In this document: positions 45,028 to 52,732 of the stretch, piece after piece
How the letters are laid out: each line of letters opens with the position of its first letter
How positions within the stretch are numbered: position 1 is the first letter of the stretch
Assembly (NCBI GenBank): GCA_903869825.1
Contig: CAIQAL010000038.1
Location: 1 to 59,332 of the forward strand
Reading direction: 5' to 3'
DNA from: an uncultured bacterium
GTDB taxonomy: Bacteria; Patescibacteriota; Minisyncoccia; Phycocordibacterales; UBA9973
Length of the DNA stretch: 59,332 nt
Position numbers and translations under genes: made by a program
The notes under the pieces: generated by a model
The model's database searches: none
The model's input: only the letters and a program-made list of their open reading frames with translations
Told to the model about the DNA's origin: nothing

Positions 45028-45879
45028 ATGGAATCCAAAAATAAAAAAATTGTCCGAAATATTTTTCGAGTACTTTTATACGTTTTTGCCGTCATTGGAT
45101 TGTTTTTTGTGGCAGTTTTTATCGCAATGCAATTCGGCTGGCTGGATGTACGCGGGGCTATTTCCCAAAGGAATTCATATTTTAATATTAGTAATAACGA
45201 AAATTTACAAAAAAATGTTGACCAAATGGTAGTTGCAGATTGGACACAAAGTGCAGAGTGGAAATTACTCTCGGATGTTTTTACTCGTGATCAGTGGGTA
45301 ATAAATCAAGCAGCAAAAGATGCTGGGATTTCCCCACGCTTGATTCTCTCTGGGGTAATGGGTGAGCAGATAAGATTTTTTAATAATCGTCGAGAATCTT
45401 TTAAAACATATTTTGAGCCATTAAAAATTTTAGCTCAGCTTTCTAAATTTTCTTTCGGCATAGCTGGGTTAAAACCTGAGACGGTAGCTTTGGTAGAGGG
45501 GCACTTAAAAGACCCAAGTTCTACTTTTTATTTGGGGAAAGAGATGGAGAATGTGGCTGATTACTCGGATGGGGACAACTTAGATACAGAGAGAATGACT
45601 AGAATTACTGACGTCAAAAATCCTTATTATTCCTATTTATATGTGGGACTATTTATGCGACAAGTTGAAGCACAGTGGGCTAATGCCGGATACGATATTA
45701 GCAATCGCCCTGAGATTATTGCGACGCTCTATAACTTAGGATTTAACCGTTCCATTCCTAAAGCAAATTCTGCCGCAGGTGGATCAGTAATAAATCTAGC
45801 AGGAGTAGACTATACCTTTGGTGACTTTGCCCGACAATTTTACGATTCCAATGAGCTCCTAGATATCTTTCCAAGATGA
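45028..45879 (+). CDS. Membrane-anchored hypothetical protein, weakly lytic-transglycosylase-like
   Basis: N-terminal TM helix. GEQ...FGIAGLKP...LYNLGF loosely recalls the SLT motifs E-S/GLMQ/AYNxG. Function call is weak. Confidence 0.35.
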   Translation: MESKNKKIVRNIFRVLLYVFAVIGLFFVAVFIAMQFGWLDVRGAISQRNSYFNISNNENLQKNVDQMVVADWTQSAEWKLLSDVFTRDQWVINQAAKDAGISPRLILSGVMGEQIRFFNNRRESFKTYFEPLKILAQLSKFSFGIAGLKPETVALVEGHLKDPSSTFYLGKEMENVADYSDGDNLDTERMTRITDVKNPYYSYLYVGLFMRQVEAQWANAGYDISNRPEIIATLYNLGFNRSIPKANSAAGGSVINLAGVDYTFGDFARQFYDSNELLDIFPR

Positions 45880-45883
45880 TCAA

Positions 45884-45907
45884 AAAATCCTCCGAGTGGA
45901 GGATTTT
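45884..45907. terminator. Bidirectional terminator between the hypothetical gene and rplT
   Basis: AAAATCCTCC gagt GGAGGATTTT. Confidence 0.8.
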
Positions 45908-45916
45908 GATTTTAGT

Positions 45917-46261
45917 TTATTTTAAGCTTGCGAGAACGGTGGCGAAGGTTTTAGGATTGTGCTCAGCAAGGTCGGCTAGGATTTTTCGGTCAAGCTCAAT
46001 TTTATTTTTCTTTAAGGCTCCGATCAATTTTGAATAAGTCATCCCGATTTCTCGACTGCCGGCGTTTATCTTGATATTCCATAGCTTTCGGTTGTGGGAT
46101 TTCTTGTCTTTTCGATGAGCGAAAGCATAGTTTCCCGAATGCAAAAGTGCATCTTTTGCTTGACGTTCCTTGGTACTACGGCCGTGTCGGAAACCTTTAG
46201 TTTGTTTCAAAACACTTCTTCTTCTTTTTAACGCGTGAACTCCTTTTTTTACTCTGGTCAT
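45917..46261 (-). CDS. rplT: 50S ribosomal protein L20
   Basis: MTRVKKGVHALKRRRSVLKQTKGF... bL20. Confidence 0.97.
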   Translation of the reverse strand: MTRVKKGVHALKRRRSVLKQTKGFRHGRSTKERQAKDALLHSGNYAFAHRKDKKSHNRKLWNIKINAGSREIGMTYSKLIGALKKNKIELDRKILADLAEHNPKTFATVLASLK

Positions 46262-46274
46262 TTTATTTTAATTA

Positions 46275-46469
46275 TTAGCTAAATGGTAACAAATGGCTTT
46301 TGGGTTTGTTTTTAATCACGAAGTTTGAACCCTTGCGACCGGCCAACTGAGTATTACGTGATTGTTTTGCATTAAAATGATTAAACCCTGGCTTTCGAGA
46401 AATAATCTTGCCATTTTTGGTTATTTTTAGTCTCTTACTATATGACTTATTTGTTTTCATTCCTTTCAT
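46275..46469 (-). CDS. rpmI: 50S ribosomal protein L35
   Basis: MKTNKSYSKRLKITKNGKI... bL35; between infC and rplT. Confidence 0.93.
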   Translation of the reverse strand: MKGMKTNKSYSKRLKITKNGKIISRKPGFNHFNAKQSRNTQLAGRKGSNFVIKNKPKSHLLPFS

Positions 46470-46473
46470 AAAT

Positions 46474-46980
46474 TTATTTTGCTTTTTCTATTGTAATAAA
46501 TAAACCCTTTGGACCTCTTTTATAAGGATCTGATATTTTGTAATCCTCAGTGATAAGATGCAGCACTCTATCTAAACGTTCTCGCAAAAACTTTTCTTCC
46601 ATGTATTTTGCTCGGCCCGAAAGGAAAAGTTCAATCTTGATACGGTGGCCTTCTTTTAACCATTTCCCGGCGGTCTTTGCCTTTAATTCCAAGTCGTGGT
46701 CACCGGTTCCGATTTTTATTTGGACAGATTTGGTTTCGGTTGTCTTTGCTCCGGCTTTTGCTTTCTTTAATTTTTTGCTAGCTTCATATTGGTATTTGCC
46801 GAATTCCATAATCTTCGCGACCGGGGGAGTGGCATTTGGAGATATTTCAATTAAGTCCAAACCCTTACTTTGGGCCAATTCTAGGGCTTCTTTAACACTT
46901 AAAACGCCTAAATTTTGGTTTTCGCTGTCGATAACTCGAAGTTGTTCGGCTCGTATTTGATTGTTTATTCTTTCTCGCAA
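46474..46980 (-). CDS. infC: Translation initiation factor IF-3
   Basis: [14 protein letters not shown]...[12 protein letters not shown]... IF3 N and C domains. The ORF begins with TTG (46978-46980). Confidence 0.95.
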   Translation of the reverse strand: MRERINNQIRAEQLRVIDSENQNLGVLSVKEALELAQSKGLDLIEISPNATPPVAKIMEFGKYQYEASKKLKKAKAGAKTTETKSVQIKIGTGDHDLELKAKTAGKWLKEGHRIKIELFLSGRAKYMEEKFLRERLDRVLHLITEDYKISDPYKRGPKGLFITIEKAK

Positions 46981-47009
46981 AGTATCTATATGTAGCTTTA
47001 ACTTAAATG

Positions 47010-47038
47010 AGTTTAGCCTTTTTTCGTCTTAAAGTCAA
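47010..47038 (-). promoter_or_regulatory. Promoter TTGACT-17-TAAACT for infC-rpmI-rplT (minus strand)
   Basis: Reverse complement: -35 at 47038-47033, -10 at 47015-47010. Confidence 0.45.
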
Positions 47039-47065
47039 CTATGCTTTATAAATAAGGTTTTATCA

Positions 47066-48436
47066 CTATTTATTGAAGATAACTTTCTCCGATTCATTAA
47101 ATAGTGAGTCGATTCTTTCCTGTGTGGCAGCCTCTCCAAAAAGACGAAAAATTGGCTCTGTGTTTGAGGGGTGTAAATGAATCCAAGATTTGTCAGGGAA
47201 ATCTAGGCGAATTCCATCTATTTCAATAAAACTTGCGTCTGTAAAATTTTGTTTCATTTTTTCGCAGATAATCTTTACGTCTTCTTTGAGTGGCCACTTT
47301 GTTTTTTTCATAAAATATTTTGGTAATTTGTCGGTACACTCGCTAACTGTTTCATTTCGGTGAGCCAAAAGTTCCAAAATAAGTGCGATTCCCATAAAAC
47401 TGTCTCGGGCCAAATTAACAGAAGGGAAGATAACTCCGCCATTTCCCTCACCCCCGATAATGGCATCGGTTTCAATAATTCCTCGGACGACATTTGGTTC
47501 ACCAACTTTGGTCAACAAGCACTTGCTGCCATATTTTTCGGCAATATCAATGCTCATTCTCGAAGTTGAAAGATTAATAACAATCGGGAGCCCCGGATTT
47601 TTGGAAAGAACATTTTCTATTGCCAGCACAATTGTATGCTCTTCAAAACCAACTTCACCTTTTTCATTTACCACTACTAACCGATCGGCATCAGGATCGT
47701 GAACAAAACCGAGATCTACTCTTTCTTCTTTAATAAGTTTGGAAGTTTCAACTAAGCTTTCAGTATTCGGTTCAGGTTTATGGGCAAATTTTCCGTTTGG
47801 AATATTATTTATTGGGATGAGTTCCACTCCGAGCTGTTCAAATAAATATGGATCAATTGCACAAGCGGAAGCATTGATCATATCTGCTGCCACTTTAAAT
47901 TTTTTAGCTTTGATTGCTGCTACGTCTACACTCTTAATTATTTCATCGACATGTTCTTTAATGAAGTTTGGCACGGAGACAGAGGCAATATCTCCCGCGG
48001 TATGGAAATCATTATTGAACTTATCTTCTCCGCAATATTTATTTATTGTATTAGCGACGTCCTCTTCCAAAAAAAGTCCTTTATCGTTTACAAATTTTAG
48101 TCCGTTGTATTCTATCGGATTATGACTCGCGGTAATGATAATTCCTCCATCGTATTTGTGTTTTCGAACAGAAAATAAAACAGTCGGAGTCGGAAGAATG
48201 TCTCCATCGACTACGATTGCCCCCAAATTTTTTAGTTCACTCATTATTACTGTTCTGATTTTGGGACCACTTTCTCTTCCATCGCGACCGATTAAGATTG
48301 TTGGGTTTTCTTTTTTTTCATCTTCTCGTAAAAAACGTACAAAAGCCCGGGTATACTTTTTGGCGATTTCTTTCGTTAGGGTATCGTTCCAAACTCCCCG
48401 GTACCCAGAAACAGTAAATTTTGGCTGGATTTCCAT
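47066..48436 (-). CDS. Phosphohexomutase (phosphoglucosamine/phosphomannomutase family)
   Basis: TASHNP phosphoserine loop, DPDADRL metal loop, GGEGNGG sugar loop. 456 aa. Confidence 0.85.
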   Translation of the reverse strand: MEIQPKFTVSGYRGVWNDTLTKEIAKKYTRAFVRFLREDEKKENPTILIGRDGRESGPKIRTVIMSELKNLGAIVVDGDILPTPTVLFSVRKHKYDGGIIITASHNPIEYNGLKFVNDKGLFLEEDVANTINKYCGEDKFNNDFHTAGDIASVSVPNFIKEHVDEIIKSVDVAAIKAKKFKVAADMINASACAIDPYLFEQLGVELIPINNIPNGKFAHKPEPNTESLVETSKLIKEERVDLGFVHDPDADRLVVVNEKGEVGFEEHTIVLAIENVLSKNPGLPIVINLSTSRMSIDIAEKYGSKCLLTKVGEPNVVRGIIETDAIIGGEGNGGVIFPSVNLARDSFMGIALILELLAHRNETVSECTDKLPKYFMKKTKWPLKEDVKIICEKMKQNFTDASFIEIDGIRLDFPDKSWIHLHPSNTEPIFRLFGEAATQERIDSLFNESEKVIFNK

Positions 48437-48483
48437 CTATATATTTTAGCATAAAAAAACAATCAATATGCTAAGATAAAGCT

Positions 48484-48930
48484 ATGGTAAATTATGTCGA
48501 AAACCGAAAAGCCCATTTCAATTACGAATTCATGGATAAATATGAAGCCGGAATTGAGCTCTTGGGCACGGAAGTAAAATCAATCCGCGGTGGGCAAATA
48601 TCCCTCGAGGGCGCTTTTGTGATCGTGCGGGGTGGAGAATGTTTTCTAATTAATGCGAATATTCCACCTTACCAACCGAGCAATGCCTCGAAAGATTATG
48701 ATCCACTTCGAAACCGAAAACTACTTCTCACGAAAGACGAGATAAAGGAGCTTGCCGGGAGTGAAAAAAATAAGAGTTTGACAATCGTGCCGATTTCGGT
48801 GTATAATAAAGGAAAGAAAATAAAGGTACAGATTGTATTAGCGAAAGGGAAAAAGAAATTCGACAAACGGGAAAGTATAAAAAAAAGAGATACTGACCGC
48901 GAAATCCGTCGCAGCACAAAAGATCGTTGA
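48484..48930 (+). CDS. smpB: SsrA-binding protein SmpB
   Basis: NRKAHFNYEF..YEAGIELLGTEVKS... canonical SmpB with basic C-tail. Confidence 0.96.
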   Translation: MVNYVENRKAHFNYEFMDKYEAGIELLGTEVKSIRGGQISLEGAFVIVRGGECFLINANIPPYQPSNASKDYDPLRNRKLLLTKDEIKELAGSEKNKSLTIVPISVYNKGKKIKVQIVLAKGKKKFDKRESIKKRDTDREIRRSTKDR

Positions 48931-48939
48931 AAATAAAAT

Positions 48940-49343
48940 GGGGATGTCAGGCATAGACAGATAGCCTATCGCTCTTGATGCATGTCGAGCACGGACGTGA
49001 TCTCGTAAAACTTCGTTCAAATGTTAATTGCAAAATTAGCTACTAAGGCAAAAGATGCAGTTTCTCCATACTTCAGTATGGCGAACTTCTCTTTTGTTCC
49101 AGTTCTCGCGTAAGCCAGAATTGGTGTCTTTCCCATAGACTTCCGATATATGGGTAAAGGCATAATATTATCGGGATAGGGGAGAAACTGGTCTCGAATT
49201 CTTCTAGAAAACCAAAGAGAATCGATTAAAAAATATTTGGCTCGCTTAAGAATTTTTTAATTTAAAACAAAAAGAGTGCTACACATGTAGACTTCTTGGC
49301 AATAACTTTCTGCACCGGGGTTCGACTCCCCGCATCTCCACCA
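48940..49343 (+). ncRNA. ssrA: Transfer-messenger RNA
   Basis: 5' GGGGATG pairs with 3' CATCTCC+ACCA, including a G3-U70 wobble. T-arm CGGGGTTCGACTCCCCG. Tag frame open 49009-49110, first in-frame GCA at 49030, ends ...FVPVLA, TAA at 49111-49113. Lies 9 nt after smpB. Confidence 0.9.
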
Positions 49344-49486
49344 TTTTTTGAGCCTTATTTAATAAAGGTTCTTTTGTTGATACATAGCGGGAACTTGAAC
49401 CATTACGGCTCATTGACCCATAGTTCAATGTGTGATAGTTTGTGTAGGGAAAGAAGGTACTTTGACAAGAAGGTTTTTGGTTAATT

Positions 49487-49534
49487 TTGTTGACTGTTCT
49501 GAGGGTCTTTATGGATTTTAAGAACAGTTAACAA
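49487..49534. repeat. 14-bp inverted repeat (one G-T) with 20-nt spacer upstream of an orphan ORF
   Basis: TTTGTTGACTGTTCT ... AGAACAGTTAACAA. Confidence 0.55.
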
Positions 49535-49568
49535 TTAATTATTAATCTAATCAAAAAAACCATAGAAT

Positions 49569-49952
49569 ATGAGGAAATTTAAAGATTTCGAAAGAATAGC
49601 TAACATTTTGTCTGTAAATGGGGTCGACTATGTCGAGCTCTTTTACAAGAGCAGTATCGCAATTAATCATATCGCTAGCGGGAATCCCGAGATCGAAGAA
49701 GAACTAGTATTAAGTTTTTCAGATGGGAAAATGTACTTAGGTTCTTTGCAGACGAATGAGGACAATGTTCTGCTTGGAATTGATGCTTGTCCTCCCATAG
49801 ACAATGGCGAAAGGGCTTGTGTTTTAATGCGTTTTGCAATTCGGTCTACATTATTTCTCGGAGCAACTCCGAGATTATTTAATGTTAAATTGAATTATCC
49901 TTCCGAGTTTGGGCAATACAGAGGAAAATGCGTGATTTTTCCGCAAGATTAG
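49569..49952 (+). CDS. Hypothetical protein
   Basis: 127-aa ORF downstream of ssrA. No recognisable motif. Coding status uncertain. Confidence 0.35.
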   Translation: MRKFKDFERIANILSVNGVDYVELFYKSSIAINHIASGNPEIEEELVLSFSDGKMYLGSLQTNEDNVLLGIDACPPIDNGERACVLMRFAIRSTLFLGATPRLFNVKLNYPSEFGQYRGKCVIFPQD

Positions 49953-50316
49953 TTAATTTATTTTTTTTAATTAAAATCCCCAAGATGAAAACAAAAAGAG
50001 GAGCAATGTCCTCAGAAATATGTTCTTTTTTGTATGACGGGATTAGCCTTCTGCGGGTTCAAAAAAATATTTCTTCGAAAAGAAGAACCAGCTGTGGAGG
50101 CAATAGCAATAATATAAAACTAATACCCTTAAGGTCTACAAGGTTATTTGTTGGGAATCCGTACAGGGAACATTAATCACAACCATCATAATCAGTTAAA
50201 CAAAGACCTATTCTTATAACGAGGATAGGTTTTTTTTATTTTTCCAAACATTAAGCCAAATCCTTTTTATTATTTCTTATATATATATGGTATATATATT
50301 ACTTGAACTACTTTAA

Positions 50317-50345
50317 TTAACTTTTAATGTTTTTTATGCTATATT
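50317..50345 (+). promoter_or_regulatory. Promoter TTAACT-17-(TGC)TATATT, 8 nt upstream of the ftsH ATG
   Basis: Extended -10 TGCTATATT at 50337-50345; ATG at 50354. Confidence 0.45.
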
Positions 50346-50353
50346 ATTGACCT

Positions 50354-52267
50354 ATGGATTTAAATTTTTTGAATAAAAATACCCCGGAGGGGAAGGGGAA
50401 AAATACGAAAAAAGCACCAAAATTCAGCACGAATATCGCTGGAGCTATTTTTGTCTTTATGGTCATTACCGCTCTTTATCTTCTTATTTCCGGCACACCA
50501 AAAAGTCCATCAGAAGTTCCAATTTCAGATTTGGCAAAAAGTGTCATTGCCGGAGAAGTGAAAGACATTGTGGTTGAGAGTGAAGATTTGACTATTACTT
50601 ATTCTGACGGCACTATTAAGAAAGCAAAGAAAGAAGTTGAGGCGTCGTTATCACAAACACTAGCGAACTACGGAGTAAAACCCGAAATGCTCGCTGGAAC
50701 TACGATTGAAGTAAAAAATCCAAATGGATTTGGCTACTGGGTAATAAACATTTTGCCGTATCTGCTTCCGATTTTATTTATCGCATTTTTCTTCTGGTAT
50801 TTGTCTCGCCAGGTAAAAGGAGCGGGGATGCAAGCATTTACTTTTGGGCAATCGAAAGCGCGCATTACTGACCCCGACGATAAAAATAATCGCGTCACTT
50901 TTAAAGACGTGGCTGGTTGTAAAGAAGCAAAAGAAGAATTGAAAGAGATCGTGGATTTTTTGAAAAGTCCAAAAAAGTTTTTGGAAATCGGAGCGCGAAT
51001 TCCAAAAGGAGTTATCTTGACTGGTGCTCCAGGAACAGGAAAAACATTACTTGCAAGAGCGGTGGCTGGGGAAGCATCAGTCCCTTTCTTCCATTTATCC
51101 GGGTCGGAATTCGTAGAAATGTTTGTCGGGGTGGGGGCATCTCGTGTTCGAGATTTATTTAAAATGGCCAAAAAAGCAGCGCCGGCAATTATTTTCGTAG
51201 ATGAAATAGACGCAATCGGACGCACTCGAGGAGGAGGATTTGGGGGAGGAAATGATGAACGAGAACAAACCCTAAACCAAATACTAGTAGAGATGGATGG
51301 TTTCGAACCGAACGATAAAGTTATTGTAATGGCAGCGACGAACCGACCAGATGTGCTTGATCCGGCTCTTATCCGTCCAGGACGTTTTGATCGAAAAGTA
51401 ATTCTTGATTTGCCAGACCGAGCTGACCGAGAAGAGATTTTAAAAATTCACGCTATAAAAAAACCACTTGCCGAAGACATTAATTTAAAATTAATTGCGG
51501 AACGTACTCCGGGATTTTCTGGGGCAGATTTATATTCCTTGATGAACGAAGGAGCAATCTTAGCTGCGCGTGAAAACCGTAAAAAAGTTTTCCAATTTGA
51601 TCTGATTCGGGCGATAGAAAAAGTAATGCTTGGACCAGAACGCAAAAGTCATTTACTTTCTAAAAAAGAAAAGGAAATCACGGCATATCATGAAGCTGGC
51701 CACGCACTTGTCGCGTCAGTATTACCGAATGCCGATCCGGTTCACAAAGTTTCAATTGTTGCTCGGGGAAATGCCGGCGGGTACACTTTAAAATTGCCAC
51801 TCGAAGATCGAAGACTTCAATCAAAGAGAGAATTTATCGACGACATTGCGATGTCTCTCGGTGGCTACGTAGCAGAAAAAATGGTTTTCGGGGATATTAC
51901 GACTGGACCTTCAAGCGACCTTCAAGGAGCAACGAATCTTGCTCGTGCGATGGTGACTCGTTTTGGGATGTCCGACTTGATTGGACCGATTTCTCTCGAA
52001 GACGGAGGATTACGTCCTGAATTTATGGGGGGAGTAGAAAAAGATTATTCCGAAAATATTTCGTCTAAAGTTGATTCGGAGGTTTCAAGAATTATGAATG
52101 ATGGAATCGTTTCAGCGGAAAAGGTTTTGACCGAACATCGAAAAGCGCTTGATGCGATAGCGCACAGATTGATAGAAGTAGAAACTTTAGAAAGAGAAGA
52201 TTTTGAAAAAGTTCTTATCGCGAACGGGATAGAACCGAAGAGGAAAGAAATAGAGAAAATGGTGTAA
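50354..52267 (+). CDS. ftsH: ATP-dependent zinc metalloprotease FtsH
   Basis: Two N-terminal TM helices, [30 protein letters not shown] region, HEAGHA. Confidence 0.98.
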   Translation: MDLNFLNKNTPEGKGKNTKKAPKFSTNIAGAIFVFMVITALYLLISGTPKSPSEVPISDLAKSVIAGEVKDIVVESEDLTITYSDGTIKKAKKEVEASLSQTLANYGVKPEMLAGTTIEVKNPNGFGYWVINILPYLLPILFIAFFFWYLSRQVKGAGMQAFTFGQSKARITDPDDKNNRVTFKDVAGCKEAKEELKEIVDFLKSPKKFLEIGARIPKGVILTGAPGTGKTLLARAVAGEASVPFFHLSGSEFVEMFVGVGASRVRDLFKMAKKAAPAIIFVDEIDAIGRTRGGGFGGGNDEREQTLNQILVEMDGFEPNDKVIVMAATNRPDVLDPALIRPGRFDRKVILDLPDRADREEILKIHAIKKPLAEDINLKLIAERTPGFSGADLYSLMNEGAILAARENRKKVFQFDLIRAIEKVMLGPERKSHLLSKKEKEITAYHEAGHALVASVLPNADPVHKVSIVARGNAGGYTLKLPLEDRRLQSKREFIDDIAMSLGGYVAEKMVFGDITTGPSSDLQGATNLARAMVTRFGMSDLIGPISLEDGGLRPEFMGGVEKDYSENISSKVDSEVSRIMNDGIVSAEKVLTEHRKALDAIAHRLIEVETLEREDFEKVLIANGIEPKRKEIEKMV

Positions 52268-52328
52268 ACTTTGCTAAATGAAGCTTAATTTTGTAAGATA
52301 AACTTACCAGCCCGTCTGTATTAGGCAT

Positions 52329-52402
52329 CCGTCCTTAGCTCAGCTGGTTAGAGCACAGAGCTTATACCTCTGGGGTCCTTGGTTCGAATCCAAGAGGACG
52401 GA
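52329..52402 (+). tRNA. tRNA-Ile, anticodon UAU (reads AUA)
   Basis: Manual cloverleaf: acceptor CCGTCCT/AGGACGG, D-arm GCTC-AGCTGGTTA-GAGC, anticodon arm CAGAG-CTTATAC-CTCTG (TAT at 52363-52365, U33, A37), 5-nt variable loop, T-arm CTTGG-TTCGAAT-CCAAG, discriminator A. CCA not encoded. Confidence 0.85.
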
Positions 52403-52732
52403 CAAAATTATCTGGCTGAAAAAATTGTTTTTCAAAGATAGTACGTGTTATCATCATTCTATGAGTTTTGAAAAAGAAAAACCTAATACCAGGTCTCAGC
52501 AAGAAAAATCTCCAAATACAGAAAAACCAGATTCTGCAGAAAGACCAGCTTCTTTATAGGAGAAGGATTCCTTTGAAAAAGTTGCGGACCATATTTCTTA
52601 TATGAAGGAAAACCCATTTTGGGGTGGTTATAACATTGGTAAAAAAGTTACACAAAAAGTGGGTGAGCTCGTTGCCAAAATTTTTTAAAGAAACCAGGGA
52701 CAAAAGTTAGTTTGGAAAATAATTAGGAATAT

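Noticed and set aside
46978-46980. TTG start of infC as a special regulatory feature
   Set aside because: Non-AUG starts of infC are well known (autoregulation by IF3), so this is expected rather than novel. The exact start cannot be fixed without alignment; an in-frame ATA lies 9 nt upstream.
49296-49484. 62-aa ORF starting with TTG at 49296
   Set aside because: Its first 16 codons are the T-arm and acceptor 3' end of the tmRNA (GGTTCGACTCCCCGCATCTCCACCA). It is not a gene.
49928-50176. 82-aa ORF overlapping the end of ORF 49569-49952
   Set aside because: S/R/K-rich low-complexity sequence, with no motif and an uncertain start. It is kept only as part of the low-confidence region finding, not as a feature.
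50281-50298. (AT)n tract ATATATATGGTATATATA upstream of ftsH, considered as a repeat or CRISPR-like element
   Set aside because: It is a simple dinucleotide tract in a promoter region, a single copy with no spacer-repeat periodicity.
50734-51225. 163-aa antisense ORF inside ftsH. Similar long antisense ORFs occur at 37760-38212 (map), 9199-9669, 12427-12837, 40983-41417, 46550-46960, 47739-48125 and 21168-21566.
   Set aside because: All lie opposite strongly conserved genes and lack motifs, starts with promoter context, or terminators. They are typical shadow ORFs of an AT-rich genome.
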